From Candidatus Latescibacterota bacterium (GTDB lineage: Bacteria; Latescibacterota; UBA2968), in NCBI GenBank assembly GCA_965208125.1, contig OZ242320.1, positions 800,001 to 864,000 on the forward strand: 64,000 nt of DNA. The letters run 5' to 3'. The notes beneath the pieces are model-generated. The model was given only the letters and a program-made list of their open reading frames with translations. It ran no database searches and was not told where the DNA came from. The position numbers and the translations under genes are program-made. Position 1 is the first letter of the stretch; each line of letters begins with the position of its first letter. Positions 19,656-28,287 of this stretch are shown here, in pieces.

Positions 19656-20915
19656 TCACCTTAAACCGCTCACCTTCCCAACCGGGAACATCGCGATATC
19701 GTGGGAACGATCGATATTCAGATGCTTACCAGCCACATCGGCAAACACAGAACGGAAATCCGTCGTCACGGGCAAATCGCGCCGATCTTCGAGCGCATCT
19801 TTCACCAGCTTCTCTGGCACATTCCCGTGGATCTTTCCGCCAGCCACGTTATTCCCCAGCACAAACAAACACGACCCGCGGCCGTGATCCGTACCCAGAG
19901 AACCATTCTGATGCACTGTGCGACCAAATTCCGTCATCGTCATCAGCACAACATCGTCCTGATACGTACCCAAATCCGTCCAGAATGCCGCGATAGACTT
20001 GGACATCTCATCTGCCCTGCGCTGGAAAGAACCAGTCGTTGTGCCCTGCTGAACATGGGTATCCCAACCGCCAGTCTCGGTAAAGGCAACCTCAAGCCCC
20101 ACATCCGACTTGATCAGCAACGCGATCTGTTGCAGCCTGCGACCCAATGCCGTATTGGGATATTCCGCACCTTCGGCGGGCTTGTAATTATGCACGCCGA
20201 TCTTTTCCAACAACTCAATCGCATCAAAACTCTCCCGGCTCACCCTCTGAACCAGGCGTTTGGCACTCCGCGCATACATCGCCTCAAACCCTTCCTCCAC
20301 CTGTTCGGCCCCCTGCGGATTATTCGGCATCTGAATGCCAAAGGAACGCAGATCATCCACTGCAATCGAAGGCTCCTTCCCGTAAAATGCGCGCGGCAAC
20401 GCTCTGGTCAATGCCACAGACCGGAAGGGCGTACCCTCGTGACCGAGCAAACCCACTGCCCGATTGAGCCAACCCGTCCGCGTACCTTTCACACCAGGCG
20501 TCCCATTTTCCATGTAATCCTGGGCGTCAAAGTGCGACCGCGTCTTATTCGGCGAGCCTACGCCGTGGACAATAGCCAGGCGACCTTCTTTGTACAGCGG
20601 TGCCAGATCCACAAAAGAGGGATGCAATGCAAAACGACCATCCAGATCCGTCAGCTTGTTGTTCGGATCGGTCAGGTGCATAAACAAATTGGGGCGCGCC
20701 TCGGCGAGTGCCGGATCGTTAAACGGCGTCACCGCCATCAAACCATCCATAGCCCCGCGCTGGAAAATCGTCACCAGCACTTTGCGACGGCTATGTGCCA
20801 GCGGATTATTCGCAGCATCAGCCGCGCGGCTCAAGAACAGCGGCGTACCGCCAAACGAGGCAGAAAACAATGCCAATCCGCTGCCCTTCATAAATGCTCT
20901 TCGAGTCCATTCCAT
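19656..20915 (-). CDS. DUF1501 family protein, Tat substrate
   Basis: TRRAFMK twin-arginine signal, RGAMDGL, RSHFDAQ, GGWDTH, TEFGRT, GTDHG. Confidence 0.92.
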   Translation of the reverse strand: MEWTRRAFMKGSGLALFSASFGGTPLFLSRAADAANNPLAHSRRKVLVTIFQRGAMDGLMAVTPFNDPALAEARPNLFMHLTDPNNKLTDLDGRFALHPSFVDLAPLYKEGRLAIVHGVGSPNKTRSHFDAQDYMENGTPGVKGTRTGWLNRAVGLLGHEGTPFRSVALTRALPRAFYGKEPSIAVDDLRSFGIQMPNNPQGAEQVEEGFEAMYARSAKRLVQRVSRESFDAIELLEKIGVHNYKPAEGAEYPNTALGRRLQQIALLIKSDVGLEVAFTETGGWDTHVQQGTTTGSFQRRADEMSKSIAAFWTDLGTYQDDVVLMTMTEFGRTVHQNGSLGTDHGRGSCLFVLGNNVAGGKIHGNVPEKLVKDALEDRRDLPVTTDFRSVFADVAGKHLNIDRSHDIAMFPVGKVSGLR

Positions 20916-20936
20916 AACGCTATCTCCTTTCCGAGT

Positions 20937-22730
20937 TTATCGGTATTGAAATTCCGGCGACCCCAGCAACATACTGATCACCTGAACGTCTTTGCGTTCG
21001 GCATCTGCGGGAATCGTCTGTTTAACCTCTGACGCAATAGCACTGGTATCCTGTGCTGGCAACAGCAACTTGCTATACATCGCCAGTGCCTCTTCCGTTG
21101 TCAGACCAGCACTCTCCTCAGGCAATTGCTTCAATTCAATCCCTCTGATTCTGCCCATAGCCAGATGGATACCAAAATTCATTCGCGCAATCAGCGTACC
21201 CGAATTTGCCCACGACTCGGCATAATCCGGAAAACCCGTAGGTGGCAAATAACCATACAGCGGCTCGCCCATGCGATCAAACCAGCGCATTATCGGCTGT
21301 GGATTCTTCACATCGGCTTCCAGCGCGCGAAGAGAACTCACCACCACTTCTAACGGCGACTTCATCTTGCTGCGCTTCTTCGCCTCTGCCCAAAACACGC
21401 GGGACTGCGCCAACGTAGCCACCACAGCAGCGATATCCCCATCGGTTTTGGTAAAGGTTTCCGCCATCTCATCAATCAGATCATCCGACGGTGCATCGTT
21501 TACAAAACGACGCGCCAACTTGGTCGAAATAAAACGCGCAGTTGAGGGATGACTGGTCAGCATATCCAGAACGCGCTCGCCCTCTTCCAGACCACCACCT
21601 GCAGGGAACTTCTCACCCAACACCACCTTGGCCTTGTCGTCGTGCCACGATTTGCGGAACACAAATTCGCCCTGAAGAATGTTATTTTGATTCCCATTGG
21701 CCATTTGTTTTTTGATATTTTCGCGTCCCCTTCCATAAGGTGCCGCAGCCCATCCGGTCAACACACGCGCGACCTCGGTAACATCCTGCTGCGTGTATCC
21801 ACCATCCACACCCAGCGTGTGCAACTCCATCAACTCGCGGGCATAATTCTCATTCAAACCGTACTTGCGCCTGCGTTGTGGAGGAGGAGTCTGCGCCTTT
21901 GCGGGAGCCTTCTCAGGAGCTTTTGCCATCTCACCACCCATATCGCCATCCATCCCACCATCCATACCCATCTCACCCGATGCCACTTCCTTCTTTGGCT
22001 CGGGCTTTGCCTGCTCCCTCTCCGATGGCGGCGCCATACGCGACTGTGCATTATCCAGATAATACAACATCGCCGGATGCTTCGCCGTCGCACCCAAAAT
22101 CACGCGGAACTTGCCCAACACATTGGGGCGAATCGCATCGCGCTCATAGGAAAGTGTGCGACTGCGCGCCCCACCATCGCGCGTAGTCACATTAAAGTGA
22201 TTGAACCAGAAATCCGTCATCACCTCAGTGAGCTGATTCTCGCTATACACAGCCCGCATCAGCTTCTGCCCCTTCAGTTCCTGATTGGACAGCATGCCAT
22301 AAGGACGCAACCCGTGCTCTTTGCGATACGCGTTTATCTTTTCATTCATCTCTTTGCGAGGCGTCTTCGCGGGATCAATCAACCCCGCTTTCGCCACCAT
22401 TCTGCGAATCCGCCCATTCTGCACATAAACTGCGGCCATCTCTTCCTGGGTCATTTTCAGTGCGGGAAATGCTTCCAATCGTTTCTCCAACGCCGCATCT
22501 GGCAAATTGCCCTTCAACTGCTGAGCCAGCCACTTCTCTGGACCCATCTTCGCCACTTTTTCCACTTCACCTGGACGCGCACCAAAGGCAAAACGCTCCA
22601 GAAGATACGCTGCAGCCTGCTCCTTACTCAGCCCCTCTGCCTTGTAGGGCAGTTGCAAATCGGCATTTGCCGGAGCCACCGCAAGCAACGCACCGCAGCA
22701 CAAAACAGCGAGTGCAACGCGCAATATCAT
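20937..22730 (-). CDS. DUF1800 family protein, paralog 1 (start moved to ATG 22730)
   Basis: Same motifs; AAGGAGG RBS; canonical DUF1800-DUF1501 pair. Confidence 0.92.
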   Translation of the reverse strand: MILRVALAVLCCGALLAVAPANADLQLPYKAEGLSKEQAAAYLLERFAFGARPGEVEKVAKMGPEKWLAQQLKGNLPDAALEKRLEAFPALKMTQEEMAAVYVQNGRIRRMVAKAGLIDPAKTPRKEMNEKINAYRKEHGLRPYGMLSNQELKGQKLMRAVYSENQLTEVMTDFWFNHFNVTTRDGGARSRTLSYERDAIRPNVLGKFRVILGATAKHPAMLYYLDNAQSRMAPPSEREQAKPEPKKEVASGEMGMDGGMDGDMGGEMAKAPEKAPAKAQTPPPQRRRKYGLNENYARELMELHTLGVDGGYTQQDVTEVARVLTGWAAAPYGRGRENIKKQMANGNQNNILQGEFVFRKSWHDDKAKVVLGEKFPAGGGLEEGERVLDMLTSHPSTARFISTKLARRFVNDAPSDDLIDEMAETFTKTDGDIAAVVATLAQSRVFWAEAKKRSKMKSPLEVVVSSLRALEADVKNPQPIMRWFDRMGEPLYGYLPPTGFPDYAESWANSGTLIARMNFGIHLAMGRIRGIELKQLPEESAGLTTEEALAMYSKLLLPAQDTSAIASEVKQTIPADAERKDVQVISMLLGSPEFQYR

Positions 22731-22741
22731 AGCAACCCTCC

Positions 22742-22909
22742 TTAGAAGCTGTCTTAAAACCCCCAGCGGCCTCAGCACGGCTGCAAAAGCGTCGGCCTGC
22801 GTTGGTCAAACCCACCCGTATCTTGATGATATGGGTGGGTCCTCCCGCCTTGTCCGACACTTTTTCGCTCGCCCTGAGAACTCACCGGGATTTTTAAAAC
22901 ACCTTCTTA
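22742..22909. mobile_element. MITE (~162 bp) with imperfect TIRs and TTA target-site duplication
   Basis: tta|GAAGCTGTCTTAAAA ... TTTTAAAACACCTTC|tta; internal hairpin cccacccgtatc...gatatgggtggg; reconstructed empty site matches paralog 3 upstream sequence. Confidence 0.75.
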
Positions 22910-22979
22910 AAAAATTCCCCAAAGGGAATGGCATCTGTGAATATTTACAATAAAATATATCACAATACCTAATGGATCA

Positions 22980-23026
22980 ATACAATTATACAATTTTATA
23001 CAATAATTATACAACTTTATACAATT
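22980..23026. repeat. Five direct repeats of ATACAA(T)
   Basis: TACAA at 22981, 22989, 22999, 23010, 23020 in the AT-rich region upstream of the DUF1800 operon. Confidence 0.7.
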
Positions 23027-23030
23027 CTTC

Positions 23031-24353
23031 TCAGAACAAATCTGCCGGAACGGGCCTGACAATAATCGAGTCAACCCCAAAGCCTTCCAACTGCTGGGGA
23101 TTCAGCGGGGCTTGCCTGTACTGCAGGATATAAGACGAGCCGCCCTGTGTCAGGTTCACGGTCAAAATATCGCCCTCTTTGCTGAAATCCACATCGGAGG
23201 CCGTCACATAAGTCAGATTCACGCCATCTGGCGCACCGCCTCGCAACGTGCCATTGAGCACGGGCACGCCGTTCTCAATCACATACCCCGCACGCCTGTT
23301 GAAGAACCGGGATTCATCGGCATGCGTGGAAAACTCAAGCGGCCTGGCAAACGTGATTTCCACCAAACCGTGTTCTATGACCGGGCCATTCTCGATGAGG
23401 GGATCCTCCACGCCAGCGGCTGGCACATGGCCAGATGGCGCGCGGTGGCGAGGGCTACGACGCTCCAGAACAGGTATCCACTGGATATCCAGTGAAGCTG
23501 GAATGCTCGGGAAGGGGTCTTCGGAATCCATCCATGTGCCATTGAGATGAGAATCTTGCAAAAACCATGTGCCGGAATACGGCATGTCATGGGTCTCCAG
23601 TTCTGCAACCACATCAGCTGGGGGGGCATAAGTGGCATAGCGTATGCCCTGACCGTCCTGCACCCACATAATCATCTGATGAGGGCGAGGGTCTTCATAG
23701 GGCCAGGGGCTATTAAAATAAACAGCCGTTCGGAGATTGCGGTTTTCAAACGAGCGGTTGTCTGGGCTCTGAGCATTTGGGATAGCAATGCGAACGCGCC
23801 CATTACCCAGCACTGTCACACGGCTATCTTCCTCGGCTCCGGGCAACACGCGTACCAGAGTATTGGGTTGGTTCAATGCCTGAGATGTATTCGGCGGTGC
23901 CGGGCTTGTATAATTGCCCACACGATTGGACAATTCACCGATCATCGGCAACCTGGGACCGATCAGCCAAATATAAAACGCACCGAGTGACAGTCTATTA
24001 CGCTCGTGGTTATTGTGATTATATTCAATGCGAAGCTGGTCGCGCGTGCCATTTACTGAACGCATATAATGCCGCACGGTCTTCTCATACGTCACAGACG
24101 CCATTGGCGGTGCTGCAAGCGGTGGATTGTACACAAATACCACCGTGCCATAATCCGATGCAGCCGCCGTAAAAATGATATGCCGGGGCGTGCCCTGAGG
24201 CGGATCGGCGACATCTATGGCACTGCCCCCATTCGTCCCGGAAATCAGCCGATAGCTGCCGCGCCACTCCTCGGTAGGCTCAACCGGGATATCCCGGGTA
24301 CATCCCGTCGCGCCCACCACGCCAATCAGACAAATCAATAAAAACTTACGCAT
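23031..24353 (-). CDS. Hypothetical lipoprotein
   Basis: MRKFLLICLIGVVGATG-C lipoprotein-like signal; GGAGG RBS; no recognised domain. Confidence 0.7.
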   Translation of the reverse strand: MRKFLLICLIGVVGATGCTRDIPVEPTEEWRGSYRLISGTNGGSAIDVADPPQGTPRHIIFTAAASDYGTVVFVYNPPLAAPPMASVTYEKTVRHYMRSVNGTRDQLRIEYNHNNHERNRLSLGAFYIWLIGPRLPMIGELSNRVGNYTSPAPPNTSQALNQPNTLVRVLPGAEEDSRVTVLGNGRVRIAIPNAQSPDNRSFENRNLRTAVYFNSPWPYEDPRPHQMIMWVQDGQGIRYATYAPPADVVAELETHDMPYSGTWFLQDSHLNGTWMDSEDPFPSIPASLDIQWIPVLERRSPRHRAPSGHVPAAGVEDPLIENGPVIEHGLVEITFARPLEFSTHADESRFFNRRAGYVIENGVPVLNGTLRGGAPDGVNLTYVTASDVDFSKEGDILTVNLTQGGSSYILQYRQAPLNPQQLEGFGVDSIIVRPVPADLF

Positions 24354-24381
24354 CTTTTGATTCCTCCTGTCGGAAGGTAAC

Positions 24382-24406
24382 GGGCGACCACAAGGGTCGC
24401 CCCTAC
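24382..24406. repeat. GTAG-type REP palindrome
   Basis: gggcgaccacaagggtcgcccctac. Confidence 0.75.
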
Positions 24407-24410
24407 CGCC

Positions 24411-25418
24411 TTAGAACGTTCCCGAAAGCGTCAAACGCAGCGGTCGCTCTTTAATCACACCGCCGATATCGCTATACGAAACATCCACACTTATCTTGCG
24501 CTCTTCGCTCACATTGAGATTCAAACCCGCTCCCACGCTCCAGGTCTCCACATCGTACCTGAACTTATAACCAGCGCGGAGTGCCAGCAGATTTTGTATC
24601 CACAACTCGCCACCAATGTGATCGCGCTCTCCGTAATCGCGGAAAAACACATGCTCATAAGCACCCGTCAGATAAAGCGGATCGCCCTGCTTGCCAATCA
24701 ACTCCATCGCAGCGGCCAGATTGTAGAAAAACGGCAGGCGATAATCCTCGGTCAGCACTTCCTTATTGCCGCCCAGATTGCTGATGGTCATGCCCACGCG
24801 CAGACTCTTGAAACCCGTGTAAAAGATCGTGCCGATATCAAATGTCGTGGAACTCACATTGATGATATGAAGCTGGGACCGCACATAGCGCAGGCGAAAA
24901 CCCATCGAAAACTTATCGGTCAGTTGCTTGGCAAAAGACGCCGCAACCGAAAAATCACCCAGCTTGATATTGCGCCCCGTGCCATCGGGTTGCATGGGCG
25001 TGGTCTCTTCCACATCGGGATATGTAAACGTGCGAAAAGAGACACCCACAACGCCTATGGGAATGCGATAGGCAAAACCCGCAGCCCCCATCCTGGTGCC
25101 CACCAGCCACTCGTTATAAGAGGCCAGATATGCCATATTGTCGATATGCACCAGCCCGGCTGCATTCTGGAATATCGAGTGAATATCTCGCGATGTGCCC
25201 ACATTGGCATCGGCCATGCCCGCCAGGCGCGCAGATGCCGAAATTTTCAAAAGCGCGAAGCCACTGCGCGCAATGCGGTTACCCTTATCGCCTTCCGAGC
25301 GAAAATGCCCTTCCGCAGCTATGGGTTCCAGATCATCAAAGCCTGCCACATCCTGAGCCATGGCACTTTGAGGGCTGAGAAAAAGCGCGATAGCCGCTAT
25401 CCAGATCAAATGTTTCAT
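24411..25418 (-). CDS. PorV/PorQ-family outer-membrane beta-barrel (start moved to ATG 25418)
   Basis: Signal peptide; LKISASARLAGMADA and IFQNAAGL N-terminal PorV-like motifs; amphipathic strands; terminal Phe. Confidence 0.8.
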   Translation of the reverse strand: MKHLIWIAAIALFLSPQSAMAQDVAGFDDLEPIAAEGHFRSEGDKGNRIARSGFALLKISASARLAGMADANVGTSRDIHSIFQNAAGLVHIDNMAYLASYNEWLVGTRMGAAGFAYRIPIGVVGVSFRTFTYPDVEETTPMQPDGTGRNIKLGDFSVAASFAKQLTDKFSMGFRLRYVRSQLHIINVSSTTFDIGTIFYTGFKSLRVGMTISNLGGNKEVLTEDYRLPFFYNLAAAMELIGKQGDPLYLTGAYEHVFFRDYGERDHIGGELWIQNLLALRAGYKFRYDVETWSVGAGLNLNVSEERKISVDVSYSDIGGVIKERPLRLTLSGTF

Positions 25419-25445
25419 AATTTGCTCCTCAATAATGACCAATGA

Positions 25446-28190
25446 TCAATTGACAATCACAAACAGACCCTTCTGGATCTGACCCTCACTCGAGGGATGG
25501 TGCGACTCAATCGCCCAGATATACGTGCCGGCATTGAGACGACCGCGCGTATTGGCATTCAAGCCCACCGTGTGCGTATCCCACTCGATTTCGCCGCGCG
25601 CCACCGGGTTGCCCCTCTGGGGATCAAGCGTATCAAAAGTCTGACGCCACGCCAGATCGCCCGTCAGCGTGTAGATATACAGCGTACACCGGCTCGGCAC
25701 ATTGACCCAGCGGATGCGAGGCGCGCCATAACTGTGCTCATCCCTGCCCTGTACCCAGGGGTTGGGCACCACCCTGATCGGCAGCGACATGGTTTCGTTT
25801 TCATGGTTGAGCAAGGCAGAAGTTAGCCGAGGCACAAGGCCATCGGCGGGGTGCCGATACTGATTGCGCTCATCCGAATGCCCGGTTTCCAATCCCTGCT
25901 CATCAAAAGCGCGTATTGAATAGTGATAAATAAAACCGATATCGGGTTCTGGATCGATAAACCTGTAGGTACCCCAGCGGAAGGGACCATCGACCTCGGC
26001 TTCGGCGGGATCTTCCTGGCCTTCTGCCCAGGGTTGATTGTCAAAAGAAGCCCCTGGAGGCGCATCTGGGGGCAACTGCCGCTCGCCTTCGGGTCCCACT
26101 GCCTTGGGAATCGTCGCCAGCAATTTCCACGGTCCAGCCCGCATAAAATCAGAGCGATAAACCCGATAACCCAGCACATCGGGACGCCCCAGATCCGGAT
26201 CGATCGCCGTATCGGCAATGCCAGACCAGTCCAGTTCGAGATCGCCTTGCAGGTTTGTAAACCCATTCACCTTCACATCGGGCGGTTGGTTAAGCCCGTC
26301 AAAACCCAGGTCATACAGCCTTTGCGCCTCATTGCCATGCGCATAAATCGCTTCCAGACCCAGTTCCAATTCGGGAATCAGGCTCTGCTGCTGCCAGTTC
26401 CACTCGTAAGGACGCGCGTACCCGCTGGTATCCATGCGATACTTTGCAGAATTGGACCCCATACCCCCTACATAAGCGATCACCACTTTGGCCTTGTCGC
26501 CGGGACCCAGGATATAAGGACCATAAACCTGTGCATCGATCCACGCACCCAATTCTTCATTGTCGTGGTATTGCACCATGCGATCTGTATCATTTTCCCC
26601 GAGCACGCCAGCAGCATCGCTGTAGATGTCGAACAATTGATTCTCGCCGTGCGTACCGCCATGCGGATCATCGCCCAGTGCCGAAGAATACATGCGCCAC
26701 CTGAACACAGCGTGCGGCTGTGGTCCCTGAGGCAGTACATAACCGCCTTTTCTATCCAGTGCATTGAACGGATGATCGGCTGTACCCGTCGCAATCGGCA
26801 TCATCCCGATATACTGCGGAGAAAGCAAGGTGCCATCTATAATATTAGATGTTGACACGTATTGATGCTGTGCGCGAGACCGGGTATAAGGCTCTCCGTA
26901 GTCATCCCACAATCGGGCAACCGCATCGCCATCATAGATATACGTCAGGTGCATTGGCGAGCCCTTGTAGTTGTAGGCATAGTCCGGATGTTCGTAATTG
27001 TCCGCCTGTGTATAGCGCCAGTAATCGTCTTGCGTGGAGGGTTGCACAAAATTCCACGCATTCGAATTCGAACCGCCAGCAGGCACCCAGTCAGCACCTG
27101 TCTTGCTGGCGATAAACCCGTTCTTGACCACAATATAGACTTCGTCGAGTTGTTTGGGATACCCGGGATCAGTACTGCCATCGCCATCTGTATCGCCATT
27201 ATTCCAGAACTCCATCTCCGTGATCAAAAAGTCATCGTAATCACCCGTGGTCATAATCGACGACTGCTTGCCATTGGGAGCAGGCACGGGGATCATCACG
27301 TCATTATCCGTACCCGGCGTGGAATACGCATGCACCATCCGCTTCACCGTAATACCCGAAGCCTGTGACCAGCCCGTCACCAGCAGATTCTCGCCGAACA
27401 ACTCGGGCGACAAACGCGGATCATTGGTCGCGACGCCATTCGACCGCATCTGATTCAACCCCGCGCGCACCCTTCTGTAGGACGACTCCAGCATCTGCTT
27501 GAACCCCTCTTTGTTCAATGGATAAAACCCGTACCCCCAGTTGTAATAATCTATTGGCTCCACTTTGTCGGGACCAGGTGGAAAACCGCGTTGCCCCAAA
27601 CCACCATAAGTACCGACAGCATACTGGTATTCCACAGGTTCGCCATTCACAAAATTGTGCGTGATTCTCATATTTCTCATGCGGGGCCAGTAAAGCGCGG
27701 CATTTTGTCCGTAATTGAACAGATTAAATGGACGACCGCCAGCCCGCCAAACAGACCGCCAAATCGATGCAATGCTTTCGACATTGTTGCGCGGATTGTG
27801 CTGGACCGGGAAAATATCTGCGGATGGCTGACGGGGACCTCCCTGAGATACATATTTGCGCCCATCATTTGTGCGCGCCATCACCCACACGCCATTGCCA
27901 CGCGAACAATCCTGTCGATTAAATCGATTCACAATACCCGATCGATAGGTCGAAGTCCACCGGCCGGGATAAGCCATGCCGACTTCGGGACCAAAGATGT
28001 TGCCACCATCCAGCGAATGCCCCAGGGTGCCATTGTTGCGCATCGACAACCAGAGTTTCGAGCGATTGGTCGTGCGGCGGCGCGTGCGCTGCTGCGCCTC
28101 GGCATCGATTATTGTCCACAACTCCGATGCACCCCACAGCACCACAAAGGCGAGCAACACCCGCGTAAATCTCTTAAATATCCGTTGCAT
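25446..28190 (-). CDS. Large exported protein with Fn3-like domain and T9SS-CTD-like C-terminus
   Basis: Signal peptide; ELDW...GYRVYRS...YHYSIRAFD; C-terminal IRVVPNPW...LYIYTLTGDL...IEWD...AGTYIWAIE...KGLFVIV. Confidence 0.7.
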   Translation of the reverse strand: MQRIFKRFTRVLLAFVVLWGASELWTIIDAEAQQRTRRRTTNRSKLWLSMRNNGTLGHSLDGGNIFGPEVGMAYPGRWTSTYRSGIVNRFNRQDCSRGNGVWVMARTNDGRKYVSQGGPRQPSADIFPVQHNPRNNVESIASIWRSVWRAGGRPFNLFNYGQNAALYWPRMRNMRITHNFVNGEPVEYQYAVGTYGGLGQRGFPPGPDKVEPIDYYNWGYGFYPLNKEGFKQMLESSYRRVRAGLNQMRSNGVATNDPRLSPELFGENLLVTGWSQASGITVKRMVHAYSTPGTDNDVMIPVPAPNGKQSSIMTTGDYDDFLITEMEFWNNGDTDGDGSTDPGYPKQLDEVYIVVKNGFIASKTGADWVPAGGSNSNAWNFVQPSTQDDYWRYTQADNYEHPDYAYNYKGSPMHLTYIYDGDAVARLWDDYGEPYTRSRAQHQYVSTSNIIDGTLLSPQYIGMMPIATGTADHPFNALDRKGGYVLPQGPQPHAVFRWRMYSSALGDDPHGGTHGENQLFDIYSDAAGVLGENDTDRMVQYHDNEELGAWIDAQVYGPYILGPGDKAKVVIAYVGGMGSNSAKYRMDTSGYARPYEWNWQQQSLIPELELGLEAIYAHGNEAQRLYDLGFDGLNQPPDVKVNGFTNLQGDLELDWSGIADTAIDPDLGRPDVLGYRVYRSDFMRAGPWKLLATIPKAVGPEGERQLPPDAPPGASFDNQPWAEGQEDPAEAEVDGPFRWGTYRFIDPEPDIGFIYHYSIRAFDEQGLETGHSDERNQYRHPADGLVPRLTSALLNHENETMSLPIRVVPNPWVQGRDEHSYGAPRIRWVNVPSRCTLYIYTLTGDLAWRQTFDTLDPQRGNPVARGEIEWDTHTVGLNANTRGRLNAGTYIWAIESHHPSSEGQIQKGLFVIVN

Positions 28191-28235
28191 AAGCTAACTC
28201 CTTATTAAATAGCGGTCAGCAATCGGCTTTTCCGC

Positions 28236-28266
28236 CGTACGGGCAGGTTTGAAACCTGCCCGTACG
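28236..28266. repeat. REP-like palindrome flanked by heptamer repeats
   Basis: cgtacgggcaggttt-g-aaacctgcccgtacg; flanks agcggtca / tgaccgct extend the stem. Confidence 0.7.
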
Positions 28267-28287
28267 TTGACCGCTGAAAGCTGAGCT

